64,000 nucleotides of DNA from Balanoglossus misakiensis (GCA_040954595.2 CM082587.2:2984275-3048274); one strand, 5' to 3'. Positions 1 to 13,581 are shown, counted from the stretch's first letter. The notes: a model not told the origin generated them from the sequence alone. Made by a program: numbers and translations.

Positions 1-3000
1 AAAAACCATGGGTTATAGCTCATGAAAATCATCCAGAAATGTCAATTTTTCGACTTCGCGAAATTTCAAAATTTGGTGATTTTTTGATAAAAACCATGGG
101 TTATAGCTCATGAAAATCATCCAGAAATGTCAATTTTTCGACTTCGCGAAATTTCAAAATTTGGTGATTTTTTGATAAAAACCATGGGTTATAGCTCATG
201 AAAATCATCCAGAAATGTCAATTTTTCGACTTCGCGAAATTTCAAAATTTGGTGATTTTTTGATAAAAACCATGGGTTATAGCTCATGAAAATCATCCAG
301 AAATGTCAATTTTTCGACTTCGCGAAATTTCAAAATTTGGTGATTTTTTGATAAAAACCATGGGTTATAGCTCATGAAAATCATCCAGAAATGTCAATTT
401 TTCGACTTCGCGAAATTTCAAAATTTGGTGATTTTTTGATAAAAACCATGGGTTATAGCTCATGAAAATCATCCAGAAATGTCAATTTTTCGACTTCGCG
501 AAATTTCAAAATTTGGTGATTTTTTGATAAAAACCATGGGTTATAGCTCATGAAAATCATCCAGAAATGTCAATTTTTCGACTTCGCGAAATTTCAAAAT
601 TTGGTGATTTTTTGATAAAAACCATGGGTTATAGCTCATGAAAATCATCCAGAAATGTCAATTTTTCGACTTCGCGAAATTTCAAAATTTGGTGATTTTT
701 TGATAAAAACCATGGGTTATAGCTCATGAAAATCATCCAGAAATGTCAATTTTTCGACTTCGCGAAATTTCAAAATTTGGTGATTTTTTGATAAAAACCA
801 TGGGTTATAGCTCATGAAAATCATCCAGAAATGTCAATTTTTCGACTTCGCGAAATTTCAAAATTTGGTGATTTTTTGATAAAAACCATGGGTTATAGCT
901 CATGAAAATCATCCAGAAATGTCAATTTTTCGACTTCGCGAAATTTCAAAATTTGGTGATTTTTTGATAAAAACCATGGGTTATAGCTCATGAAAATCAT
1001 CCAGAAATGTCAATTTTTCGACTTCGCGAAATTTCAAAATTTGGTGATTTTTTGATAAAAACCATGGGTTATAGCTCATGAAAATCATCCAGAAATGTCA
1101 ATTTTTCGACTTCGCGAATTTTCAAAATTTGGTGATTTTTTGATAAAAACCATGGGTTATAGCTCATGAAAATCATCCAGAAATGTCAATTTTTCGACTT
1201 CGCGAAATTTCAAAATTTGGTGATTTTTTGATAAAAACCATGGGTTATAGCTCATGAAAATCATCCAGAAATGTCAATTTTTCGACTTCGCGAAATTTCA
1301 AAATTTGGTGATTTTTTGATAAAAACCATGGGTTATAGCTCATGAAAATCATCCAGAAATGTCAATTTTTCGACTTCGCGAAATTTCAAAATTTGGTGAT
1401 TTTTTGATAAAAACCATGGGTTATAGCTCATGAAAATCATCCAGAAATGTCAATTTTTCGACTTCGCGAATTTTCAAAATTTGGTGATTTTTTGATAAAA
1501 ACCATGGGTTATAGCTCATGAAAATCATCCAGAAATGTCAATTTTTCGACTTCGCGAAATTTCAAAATTTGGTGATTTTTTGATAAAAACCATGGGTTAT
1601 AGCTCATGAAAATCATCCAGAAATGTCAATTTTTCGACTTCGCGAAATTTCAAAATTTGGTGATTTTTTGATAAAAACCATGGGTTATAGCTCATGAAAA
1701 TCATCCAGAAATGTCAATTTTTCGACTTCGCGAAATTTCAAAATTTGGTGATTTTTTGATAAAAACCATGGGTTATAGCTCATGAAAATCATCCAGAAAT
1801 GTCAATTTTTCGACTTCGCGAAATTTCAAAATTTGGTGATTTTTTGATAAAAACCATGGGTTATAGCTCATGAAAATCATCCAGAAATGTCAATTTTTCG
1901 ACTTCGCGAATTTTCAAAATTTGGTGATTTTTTGATAAAAACCATGGGTTATAGCTCATGAAAATCATCCAGAAATGTCAATTTTTCGACTTCGCGAAAT
2001 TTCAAAATTTGGTGATTTTTTGATAAAAACCATGGGTTATAGCTCATGAAAATCATCCAGAAATGTCAATTTTTCGACTTCGCGAATTTTCAAAATTTGG
2101 TGATTTTTTGATAAAAACCATGGGTTATAGCTCATGAAAATCATCCAGAAATGTCAATTTTTCGACTTCGCGAAATTTCAAAATTTGGTGATTTTTTGAT
2201 AAAAACCATGGGTTATAGCTCATGAAAATCATCCAGAAATGTCAATTTTTCGACTTCGCCAAATTTTAAAATTTGGTGATTTTTTGATAAAAACCATGGG
2301 TTATAGCTCATGAAAATCATCCAGAAATGTCAATTTTTCGACTTCGCCAAATTTCAAAATTTGGTGAATTTTTGATAAAAACCATGGGTTATAGCTCATG
2401 AAACTCATCCAGAAATGTCAATTTTTCGACTTCGCGAAATTTTAAAATTTGGTGATTTTTTGATAAAAACCATGGGTTATAGCTCATGAAAATCATCCAG
2501 AAATGTCAATTTTTCGACTTCGCGAAATTTCAAAATTTGGTGATTTTTTGATAAAAACCATGGGTTATAGCTCATGAAAATCATCCAGAAATGTCAATTT
2601 TTCGACTTCGCGAAATTTCAAAATTTGGTGATTTTTTGATAAAAACCATGGGTTATAGCTCATGAAAATCATCCAGAAATGTCAATTTTTCGACTTCGCG
2701 AATTTTCAAAATTTGGTGATTTTTTGATAAAAACCATGGGTTATAGCTCATGAAAATCATCCAGAAATGTCAATTTTTCGACTTCGCGAAATTTCAAAAT
2801 TTGGTGATTTTTTGATAAAAACCATGGGTTATAGCTCATGAAAATCATCCAGAAATGTCAATTTTTCGACTTCGCGAAATTTCAAAATTTGGTGATTTTT
2901 TGATAAAAACCATGGGTTATAGCTCATGAAAATCATCCAGAAATGTCAATTTTTCGACTTCGCGAAATTTCAAAATTTGGTGATTTTTTGATAAAAACCA

Positions 3001-6000
3001 TGGGTTATAGCTCATGAAAATCATCCAGAAATGTCAATTTTTCGACTTCGCGAAATTTCAAAATTTGGTGATTTTTTGATAAAAACCATGGGTTATAGCT
3101 CATGAAAATCATCCAGAAATGTCAATTTTTCGACTTCGCGAATTTTCAAAATTTGGTGATTTTTTGATAAAAACCATGGGTTATAGCTCATGAAAATCAT
3201 CCAGAAATGTCAATTTTTCGACTTCGCGAAATTTCAAAATTTGGTGATTTTTTGATAAAAACCATGGGTTATAGCTCATGAAAATCATCCAGAAATGTCA
3301 ATTTTTCGACTTCGCGAAATTTCAAAATTTGGTGATTTTTTGATAAAAACCATGGGTTATAGCTCATGAAAATCATCCAGAAATGTCAATTTTTCGACTT
3401 CGCGAAATTTCAAAATTTGGTGATTTTTTGATAAAAACCATGGGTTATAGCTCATGAAAATCATCCAGAAATGTCAATTTTTCGACTTCGCGAAATTTCA
3501 AAATTTTGTGATTTTTTGATAAAAACCATGGGTTATAGCTCATGAAAATCATCCAGAAATGTCAATTTTTCGACTTCGCGAAATTTCAAAATTTGGTGAT
3601 TTTTTGATAAAAACCATGGGTTATAGCTCATGAAAATCATCCAGAAATGTCAATTTTTCGACTTCGCGAAATTTCAAAATTTGGTGATTTTTTGATAAAA
3701 ACCATGGGTTATAGCTCATGAAAATCATCCAGAAATGTCAATTTTTCGACTTCGCGAATTTTCAAAATTTGGTGATTTTTTGATAAAAACCATGGGTTAT
3801 AGCTCATGAAAATCATCCAGAAATGTCAATTTTTCGACTTCGCGAAATTTCAAAATTTGGTGATTTTTTGATAAAAACCATGGGTTATAGCTCATGAAAA
3901 TCATCCAGAAATGTCAATTTTTCGACTTCGCGAATTTTCAAAATTTGGTGATTTTTTGATAAAAACCATGGGTTATAGCTCATGAAAATCATCCAGAAAT
4001 GTCAATTTTTCGACTTCGCGAAATTTCAAAATTTGGTGATTTTTTGATAAAAACCATGGGTTATAGCTCATGAAAATCATCCAGAAATGTCAATTTTTCG
4101 ACTTCGCGAAATTTTAAAATTTGGTGATTTTTTGATAAAAACCATGGGTTATAGCTCATGAAAATCATCCAGAAATGTCAATTTTTCGACTTCGCCAAAT
4201 TTCAAAATTTGGTGAATTTTTGATAAAAACCATGGGTTATAGCTCATGAAACTCATCCAGAAATGTCAATTTTTCGACTTCGCGAAATTTTAAAATTTGG
4301 TGATTTTTTGATAAAAACCATGGGTTATAGCTCATGAAAATCATCCAGAAATGTCAATTTTTCGACTTCGCGAAATTTCAAAATTTGGTGATTTTTTGAT
4401 AAAAACCATGGGTTATAGCTCATGAAAATCATCCAGAAATGTCAATTTTTCGACTTCGCGAAATTTCAAAATTTGGTGATTTTTTGATAAAAACCATGGG
4501 TTATAGCTCATGAAAATCATCCAGAAATGTCAATTTTTCGACTTCGCGAAATTTTAAAATTTGGTGATTTTTTGATAAAAACCATGGGTTATAGCTCATG
4601 AAAATCATCCAGAAATGTCAATTTTTCGACTTCGCGAATTTTCAAAATTTGGTGATTTTTTGATAAAAACCATGGGTTATAGCTCATGAAAATCATCCAG
4701 AAATGTCAATTTTTCGACTTCGCGAAATTTCAAAATTTGGTGATTTTTTGATAAAAACCATGGGTTATAGCTCATGAAAATCATCCAGAAATGTCAATTT
4801 TTCGACTTCGCGAAATTTCAAAATTTGGTGATTTTTTGATAAAAACCATGGGTTATAGCTCATGAAAATCATCCAGAAATGTCAATTTTCGACTTCGCGA
4901 AATTTCAAAATTTGGTGATTTTTTGATAAAAACCATGGGTTATAGCTCATGAAAATCATCCAGAAATGTCAATTTTTCGACTTCGCGAAATTTCAAAATT
5001 TGGTGATTTTTTGATAAAAACCATGGGTTATAGCTCATGAAAATCATCCAGAAATGTCAATTTTTCGACTTCGCGAAATTTCAAAATTTGGTGATTTTTT
5101 GATAAAAACCATGGGTTATAGCTCATGAAAATCATCCAGAAATGTCAATTTTTCGACTTCGCGAAATTTTAAAATTTGGTGATTTTTTGATAAAAACCAT
5201 GGGTTATAGCTCATGAAAATCATCCAGAAATGTCAATTTTTCGACTTCGCGAAATTTTAAAATTTGGTGATTTTTTGATAAAAACCATGGGTTATAGCTC
5301 ATGAAAATCATCCAGAAATGTCAATTTTTCGACTTCGCGAATTTTCAAAATTTGGTGATTTTTTGATAAAAACCATGGGTTATAGCTCATGAAAATCATC
5401 CAGAAATGTCAATTTTTCGACTTCGCGAAATTTCAAAATTTGGTGATTTTTTGATAAAAACCATGGGTTATAGCTCATGAAAATCATCCAGAAATGTCAA
5501 TTTTTCGACTTCGCGAATTTTCAAAATTTGGTGATTTTTTGATAAAAACCATGGGTTATAGCTCATGAAAATCATCCAGAAATGTCAATTTTTCGACTTC
5601 GCGAAATTTCAAAATTTGGTGATTTTTTGATAAAAACCATGAATTATAGATCATGAAAATCATCCAGAAATGTCAATTTTTCGACTTTGCGAAATTTCAA
5701 AATTTGGTGATTTTTTGATAAAAACCATGGGTTATAGCTCATGAAAATCATCCAGAAATGTCAATTTTTCGACTTCGCGAATTTTCAAAATTTGGTGATT
5801 TTTTGATAAAAACCATGGGTTATAGCTCATGAAAATCATCCAGAAATGTCAATTTTTCGACTTCGCGAAATTTCAAAATTTGGTGATTTTTTGATAAAAA
5901 CCATGGGTTATAGCTCATGAAAATCATCCAGAAATGTCAATTTTTCGACTTCGCGAAATTTTAAAATTTGGTGATTTTTTGATAAAAACCATGGGTTATA

Positions 6001-8790
6001 GCTCATGAAAATCATCCAGAAATGTCAATTTTTCGACTTCGCGAAATTTCAAAATTTGGTGAATTTTTGATAAAAACCATGGGTTATAGCTCATGAAAAT
6101 CATCCAGAAATGTCAATTTTTCGACTTCGCGAAATTTCAAAATTTGGTGATTTTTTGATAAAAACCATGGGTTATAGCTCATGAAAATCATCCAGAAATG
6201 TCAATTTTTCGACTTCGCGAAATTTCAAAATTTGGTGATTTTTTGATAAAAACCATGGGTTATAGCTCATGAAAATCATCCAGAAATGTCAATTTTTCGA
6301 CTTCGCGAATTTTCAAAATTTGGTGATTTTTTGATAAAAACCATGGGTTATAGCTCATGAAAATCATCCAGAAATGTCAATTTTTCGACTTCGCGAAATT
6401 TCAAAATTTGGTGATTTTTTGATAAAAACCATGGGTTATAGCTCATGAAAATCATCCAGAAATGTCAATTTTTCGACTTCGCGAATTTTCAAAATTTTGT
6501 GATTTTTTGATAAAAACCATGGGTTATAGCTCATGAAAATCATCCAGAAATGTCAATTTTTCGACTTCGCGAAATTTCAAAATTTGGTGATTTTTTGATA
6601 AAAACCATGGGTTATAGCTCATGAAAATCATCCAGAAATGTCAATTTTTCGACTTCGCGAAATTTCAAAATTTGGTGATTTTTTGATAAAAACCATGGGT
6701 TATAGCTCATGAAAATCATCAAGAAATGTTAATTTTTCGACTTCGCGAAATTTCAAAATTTGGTGATTTTTTGATAAAAACCATGGGTTATAGCTCATGA
6801 AAATCATCCAGAAATGTCAATTTTTCGACTTCGCGAAATTTCAAAATTTGGTGATTTTTTGATAAAAACCATGGGTTATAGCTCATGAAAATCATCCAGA
6901 AATGTCAATTTTTCGACTTCGCGAAATTTCAAAATTTGGTGATTTTTTGATAAAAACCATGGGTTATAGCTCATGAAAATCATCCAGAAATGTCAATTTT
7001 TCGACTTCGCGAAATTTCAAAATTTGGTGATTTTTTGATAAAAACCATGGGTTATAGCTCATGAAAATCATCAAGAAATGTTAATTTTTCGACTTCGCGA
7101 AATTTCAAAATTTGGTGATTTTTTGATAAAAACCATGGGTTATAGCTCATGAAAATCATCCAGAAATGTCAATTTTTCGACTTCGCGAAATTTCAAAATT
7201 TGGTGATTTTTTGATAAAAACCATGGGTTATAGCTCATGAAAATCATCCAGAAATGTCAATTTTTCGACTTCGCGAAATTTCAAAATTTGGTGATTTTTT
7301 GATAAAAACCATGGGTTATAGCTCATGAAAATCATCCAGAAATGTCAATTTTTCGACTTCGCGAAATTTCAAAATTTGGTGATTTTTTGATAAAAACCAT
7401 GGGTTATAGCTCATGAAAATCATCCAGAAATGTCAATTTTTCGACTTCGCGAAATTTCAAAATTTGGTGATTTTTTGATAAAAACCATGGGTTATAGCTC
7501 ATGAAAATCATCCAGAAATGTCAATTTTTCGACTTCGCGAAATTTCAAAATTTGGTGATTTTTTGATAAAAACCATGGGTTATAGCTCATGAAAATCATC
7601 CAGAAATGTCAATTTTTCGACTTCGCGAAATTTCAAAATTTGGTGATTTTTTGATAAAAACCATGGGTTATAGCTCATGAAAATCATCCAGAAATGTCAA
7701 TTTTTCGACTTCGCGAAATTTCAAAATTTGGTGATTTTTTGATAAAAACCATGGGTTATAGCTCATGAAAATCATCCAGAAATGTCAATTTTTCGACTTC
7801 GCGAAATTTCAAAATTTGGTGATTTTTTGATAAAAACCATGGGTTATAGCTCATGAAAATCATCCTGAAATGTCAATTTTTCGACTTCGCGAAATTTCAA
7901 AATTTGGTGATTTTTTTGATAAAAACCATGGGTTATAGCTCATGAAAATCATCCAGAAATGTCAATTTTTCGACTTCGCGAATTTTCAAAATTTGGTGAT
8001 TTTTTGATAAAAACCATGGGTTATAGCTCATGAAAATCATCCAGAAATGTCAATTTTTCGACTTCGCGAAATTTCAAAATTTGGTGATTTTTTGATAAAA
8101 ACCATGGGTTATAGCTCATGAAAATCATCCAGAAATGTCAATTTTTCGACTTCGCGAAATTTCAAAATTTGGTGATTTTTTGATAAAAACCATGGGTTAT
8201 AGCTCATGAAAATCATCCAGAAATGTCAATTTTTCGACTTCGCGAAATTTCAAAATTTGGTGATTTTTTGATAAAAACCATGGGTTATAGCTCATGAAAA
8301 TCATCCAGAAATGTCAATTTTTCGACTTCGCGAAATTTCAAAATTTGGTGATTTTTTGATAAAAACCATGGGTTATAGCTCATGAAAATCATCCAGAAAT
8401 GTCAATTTTTCGACTTCGCGAAATTTCAAAATTTGGTGATTTTTTGATAAAAACCATGGGTTATAGCTCATGAAAATCGTCCGAAAATGACAATTTTTCG
8501 ACTTAGCGAAAGATCAAAATTTCTTCATTTTTTTTAAAAAACCATGGGTTATAGCTCATGAAAATCGTCCGAAAATGATAATTTTTCGACTTTGCGAAAT
8601 ATCAAAATTTCTTCATTTTTTTGAAAAAAACATGGGTTTCATGAAAATCGTCCTAAAATGACAATTTTTCGACTTCCCGAATTTTCAAAATTTCTTTATT
8701 TTTTTAAAAAAAACATGGGTTATAGCTCATGAAAATCATCCAGAAATGACAATTTTTCGACTTCCCGAGTTTTCAAAATTTCTTTATTTT
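1..8790. repeat. 88-bp tandem satellite DNA array (~100 monomers, truncated at the window start)
   Basis: Monomer aaaaaccatgggttatagctcatgaaaatcatccagaaatgtcaatttttcgacttcgcgaaatttcaaaatttggtgattttttgat is repeated 96 times over 1-8448 with only scattered substitutions, a 1-bp deletion (~4889) and a 1-bp insertion (~7917). About 4 diverged monomers follow at 8449-8790. No ORFs in the track. Confidence 0.99.
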
Positions 8791-9216
8791 TATACCGATG
8801 AAATGAAGGCCAACCCGACATGTCACAGTAATATCTTCTGATCCATCATCTGAAAAAAAAAACAATAGAAGAAAACATCTAGTCTCCACAGGCTATCGGC
8901 TGAAAAAAATGAACTGAATAGACGTCTTCGGGTAATGACGAAAATATCGTGGTAAATGATGAAGAGAGACTGTGCAAACAAGAGCGAAAACCCAAAGCTT
9001 TTGGTTTTCGCTCTTGTTTGCACAGTCTCTCTTTTACCTATTCCTGGCACCACTCTGCATGTTCCTGGTCTTTGGTTGTAGATGGTCTTGAATACCCTAC
9101 GTTTAACTCTGCAAATGTAATAAATATGTTATAGGGAGTAATGGAGAGTGTACTCAATCAATGGCAATCAGTCCATCCAAGGCCTACCTGCATGCTGCAG
9201 CCACGGTCGTCATTTG

Positions 9217-9337
9217 TGTCGATGGCGCCCTCAGCGACAATCTTGCAGGTCCAGCGATTAAAAATGGCGGCGTCCAATGTCGATGGCGCCCTCAGCGACA
9301 ATCTTGCAGGTCCAGCGATTAAAAATGGCGGCGTCCA
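9217..9337 (+). repeat. Perfect 60-bp tandem duplication (61-bp period) covering the TYW3 start codon region
   Basis: 9217-9276 is identical to 9278-9337 (tgtcgatggcgccctcagcgacaatcttgcaggtccagcgattaaaaatggcggcgtcca), separated by one extra A at 9277. Confidence 0.97.
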
Positions 9338-10944
9338 TGAAATTTCAACGTTGGAAAGAAGTTGCTCAGTCAGCTACAGACTTTAGTAAGAAAGGCAGCA
9401 TTGATGACTATATAGTAACGCTGGTGGAGTATATCAATTCCCATGCGGACTATTTCACAACTAGTTCTTGTTCAGGTCGAGTTAACGTTTATGCAGAGGT
9501 AACATAACCATGTTTTCGGACTCTAGTGCATTGTGTTACTGTTAGTGCTGCGGCACAGATTTAGATGCGTACATCATGTACACGTATCTCGAGATTTGGC
9601 CCGTCGTTGGAGGTAGCTCCATGGATAGCAAGATCAGACACAAATCCGTTGTCGCTCAACCCCCATTTGCATCTGCATTCACCTGCATTATTTGTTATTT
9701 ATTTATTTGTTTATTTTTCTTAGAGTGCTGAGAGTGGGGTTAAGAAAAAGAACTGTACATGGTTATACACTACACATGATTTCGCTGAGGCTGAACGAGT
9801 AGTAAGTAATAATTAATTTATTACAATTTACATGAAGTGCATTGTTGCAAAGAATTGGTTTTCAGCATACTTCATCTGTTTTTCTTGAATTTCATGTGAC
9901 ATTCATAGCTATTCTAAGTAATCCCATGTCAATGCTTGGTTTACAGCTGAATGCCATCAAGGAAATTAAAAGTGATGCAGTGCTTAAATTTGAGCCATTT
10001 GTTTTGCATGTGCAATGCAGGACCCTGGAAGATGCCAGGTTGATGGTAAGTTTTGTTGGTGATTACAATCAATCCATACAGTCCATTGTACAGATCACAT
10101 TCATCAGTTGCTCCAAATTATAAAATGTGCAAGATCTCAAGCCATATTACATGTACAAGTTGTATTATCTAATTCCATGTAATGCTTTTTGTAATCCAAT
10201 GCAGCATCAAGTGTCTATAGAGTCTGGGTTTAGAAATTCTGGAATATCCGTTGGGAAATCAGGAAAAATTATTACGGTGAGAAATGTTAGCTTTCATTAA
10301 CAATTAACTTTTTAAGCCTTGATTTCATCATTGAATATCGTAATTTTACATTTTAGAACAAGCTTTGCCAATGCCCTGTCAATGTCAATCATTTTGTTTT
10401 AAATTTGTTTTCAAGGCTGTGAGAAGTACGCATGGATTGGAAGTGCCCCTTGCTGCCGATGGAAATGTCCTGGTGTCTGATTGCTATGTTGAATTTCTTG
10501 TTAAACTTGCAAATAAGAAGCTGGAAGAAAACAGGAATCGTATTGACAGGTGAATGAAATTTCATGCATGGTTTTTCTATATTAATCTTTTGTGAATTTC
10601 AATTCATGGTATTAAAGGGAACTAACATAATTCATACACATATTCTGTGTTCTTACCTTTTCAGATTTTTCAGCAACTTGAAGATGCATATCCAACCTAC
10701 TAAGAAGAACGTGGACCAAACACCTGAACTGTCCAAGATGGAGAAACAACCGTTGAATTGTACGAACTGTGGCAGCCCACTCGAGGAAAAGTACTCAAAG
10801 CAACAAAAACAAACAAAACATTTCAGAATTCAGAATCACTCTCTAGTCACGGATAAAACAGATAACACATTGGGACAAACCCAGTTAGATTCCGACGATG
10901 AAGATGATGACCTTGAGGATATTTGTACACTATTCAATACTTGA
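9325..10944 (+). CDS. TYW3: tRNA wybutosine-synthesizing protein 3 homolog (6 coding exons)
   Basis: GT-AG exons 9325-9498, 9724-9801, 9947-10045, 10205-10276, 10416-10549, 10665-10944 splice in frame. Motifs [41 protein letters not shown] and [12 protein letters not shown] are typical of TYW3. AATAAA at ~10967. Confidence 0.93.
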
Positions 10945-11589
10945 CAACAGTTTGCATGGTGTAGAAAATAAAGTTTAATTTTCTTGCAACCTGAATGTGA
11001 CCCTGACTTATTGCATTCTTAAGTAGTAGTACATGATTCAAAATGCACTAGTTCCCCAGGAATTAACCTTCCCTTCCCAGTAGCTACTAAATGCAGCAGC
11101 AACCACAGTATATGAAAACTAACAATGATTCGATATAACTTGTGAAAAGTTGCACTGCTCAAGTGCTTACAATTAATTGAATGAAGCATAATTTGCTGCA
11201 AATTAATGTTTAGACATGTCAATGAAACTCGCATTAAAGTTGTCAACATAGCCATCCATGAACATGCCCAGCACCAATCACAGAAATGAAAGCCCCGTCA
11301 TAAAACAAACGACTCCAACATTCTTCTGTCAATTCTAAACTATGTACAAAAAGTCAATCATTAAATTATTTGTACATGGGTGATTGTAAATGAAAATTCT
11401 TGAATCTACAAATGTATTGGAAAAGTATACACCCCAGTATCTAATACCTCTGAAATTGACCATTTTCTGTTTACATTGAGCAGAGCACATGCCAGAAAAA
11501 TAAATATAGAACATTCCATAATATTGTTCCCCCTTGACAAATTGCTGGGGTCGCCAACATGACAACACTAGGGGGCACCCCTGGCCCAT

Positions 11590-13581
11590 CTAGATGGAAC
11601 ACTGGGAGCCATCTTTCTCATCTGGAGTCGTTGGATCGCTGTTTGCCGTCTCTGTGCCAGTTTCTTTTTTATCCGATGACGGAGACCTGACCTCTGTGCT
11701 AGTTGCACTTTTGTCCACCGCACCAGCCTGTCCAGAATTTGATTGTTCAGAACCTTTCTGCTTGTCGCTGTCTGGCCCAACAGGTTCCGCTGTTGCATTT
11801 TCAGCTGAGGATTCCACCCCAGTCTGAGTTGAATCCGCGGCTGTTGGTGTTGTAACTACTGTCTGTGTCTCGTTCCCCACATCATTACTCTGGATGGCTG
11901 CATCATGCTTTTCCTCTTTGTAGTATTCTTCCAAATTTTCCAGTTCTAGTTTGGTCATGAGCTCCTCCAGTTTGTTTGCTTTCCTCAATTCATTTTCTTG
12001 GATTATAGAATACAAATGTTCGGTCAACGTGTCCTTGGCTTCTGTTTTTGCATGCAGGTCAATTTTGGCTGCTATGAACTCAGCTTCGGCTTTTTCATAT
12101 CTTCTCCTAGTTGTCAAATGAAAATACAAGAATTTGTTATCCTTAGCACGAAAACAGGCAACATGAGCTACTTTAAGGCAATACCGACATGTTCATGTGT
12201 TGCTATCATGCTTACTAGACACAAGCATAATCTCACAGTTCTACTCATTCTCTAATCATCTACAGGGCTTTTCCTAGTTATATACTGGGCAAAAGTTGTG
12301 AACCCATTCAATGACTTACTGAGCTGCCACGTATTCTCTGCTTGCATCTTCTATCTTGTCTCGCAAGATGCTAACATCGTTGCTGATTAGAACATCAGTT
12401 TTGGCCAGTTCCTTCTGTATTTCCTTGAGCTTTTTTGTCTCAGCATCAGCCCGTTTCCGTCTGAAATACAATGCATTGAAACATCCCTTAATGTGTGTGC
12501 ATTCTTTCATGTAGACCGTAGAGTGTCGAGCATGCACAAATCAGTTATAAAACTTTCCATTTAGTCCTGTGGCGAAGTACTGTATATATTCTTACCTGTC
12601 AGCAACTGCTCTGGCAAGCATAGCTTTCTTTCTCTTGTTTTCTTCCTCCATCTCTTGTTGTTGTATACGCCTCTTCTCCATGTTTGTCAACTCCCGGCTG
12701 CAAAACAACAAACCAATAAAATCATGGGTGTGCGAAAAAACGTAAACAAGTTTCTCACATTTCTGTACTACAGCAGTGTGTATTAACTGTCAACCTGATG
12801 AAATGTACTGAGTTAGCATTCCAATCGTTCCTTTGTTTACCCGCAGATGACAAGCCAGATTTTACATCATAGTACTCGCAATAGATACCTTATGCCTTCC
12901 TTCTCATCAATTTCATGAACCACTGTTTTGTCCTCCTTTCCATCCTCCTCCTTTGCATCGTTGTCATGGTCGCCAGCTGCAGATTTGACTTTTCGCTGTC
13001 TTTGCCCACCCGGCGGTGCCTTCTCTTCCTGTGTGCCACTTTCAGTACTTCCTGATTTCTTAGCCTCTGCCGGGGCACCACCCACTCGCTGCTGAGGCTT
13101 GCCTTGAACTTTCTTGGGCACCGACAGCCGCTGACTGTCATCAATGTCATCTGGGACTGCTGGCTGCTTGAGTCGCTGGGCTGCTACCGTCCTAGATTTC
13201 TGCCGTGGCTGGTGCTGCCGCTGTTTGGCCATGTGCTGGGGTCTGATTTGATGCTGAGGTCTCCCTTGCTGACTGTGGAAACCATCATAAGATGCGTCGT
13301 CCTCTGGAGGAAACACAGCTATGTTAATTTCAAGTTTTAAATTTTTGACTTATAATTTAGCTGCCTCTTCATAAGAATGAACCTAAACTAAACCCGCACA
13401 GGAAATATTTGTCCGTGATTTGTGAAGGCACCAAGTACTAAGTAGCATACTCTTCTGGACAGTACACAAACAAAACACACACCTATTGATTGATCATCTA
13501 TAAAATCAAAACAGAACGTTTCTCACCTTCAGTATGCTTTAGTTGTCGAAGCTGGTCGTCTGTAAAACCGGCCCATGCCAT
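11590..13581 (-). CDS. GORAB: RAB6-interacting golgin GORAB (SCYL1BP1), 5 coding exons
   Basis: Exon 1 13527-13581 encodes [15 protein letters not shown] (GORAB N-terminal WAGF motif). Exons 12889-13318, 12596-12697, ~12320-12460 and ~11590-12107 encode the coiled coil [19 protein letters not shown]...[13 protein letters not shown]...[24 protein letters not shown]. Confidence 0.92.

Noticed and set aside
47-63. CENP-B box in the monomer (tttcgacttcgcgaaat)
   Set aside because: Only the TTCG part matches; the A and CGGG positions of the core do not.
1-8790. Satellite as a CRISPR array or coding repeat
   Set aside because: No unique spacers, eukaryotic context, 88 is not a multiple of 3, and there are no ORFs.
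9222-9238. CTCF-like site in the duplicated TYW3 unit
   Set aside because: Only the GAGGGCGC half matches, so it is too weak to call.
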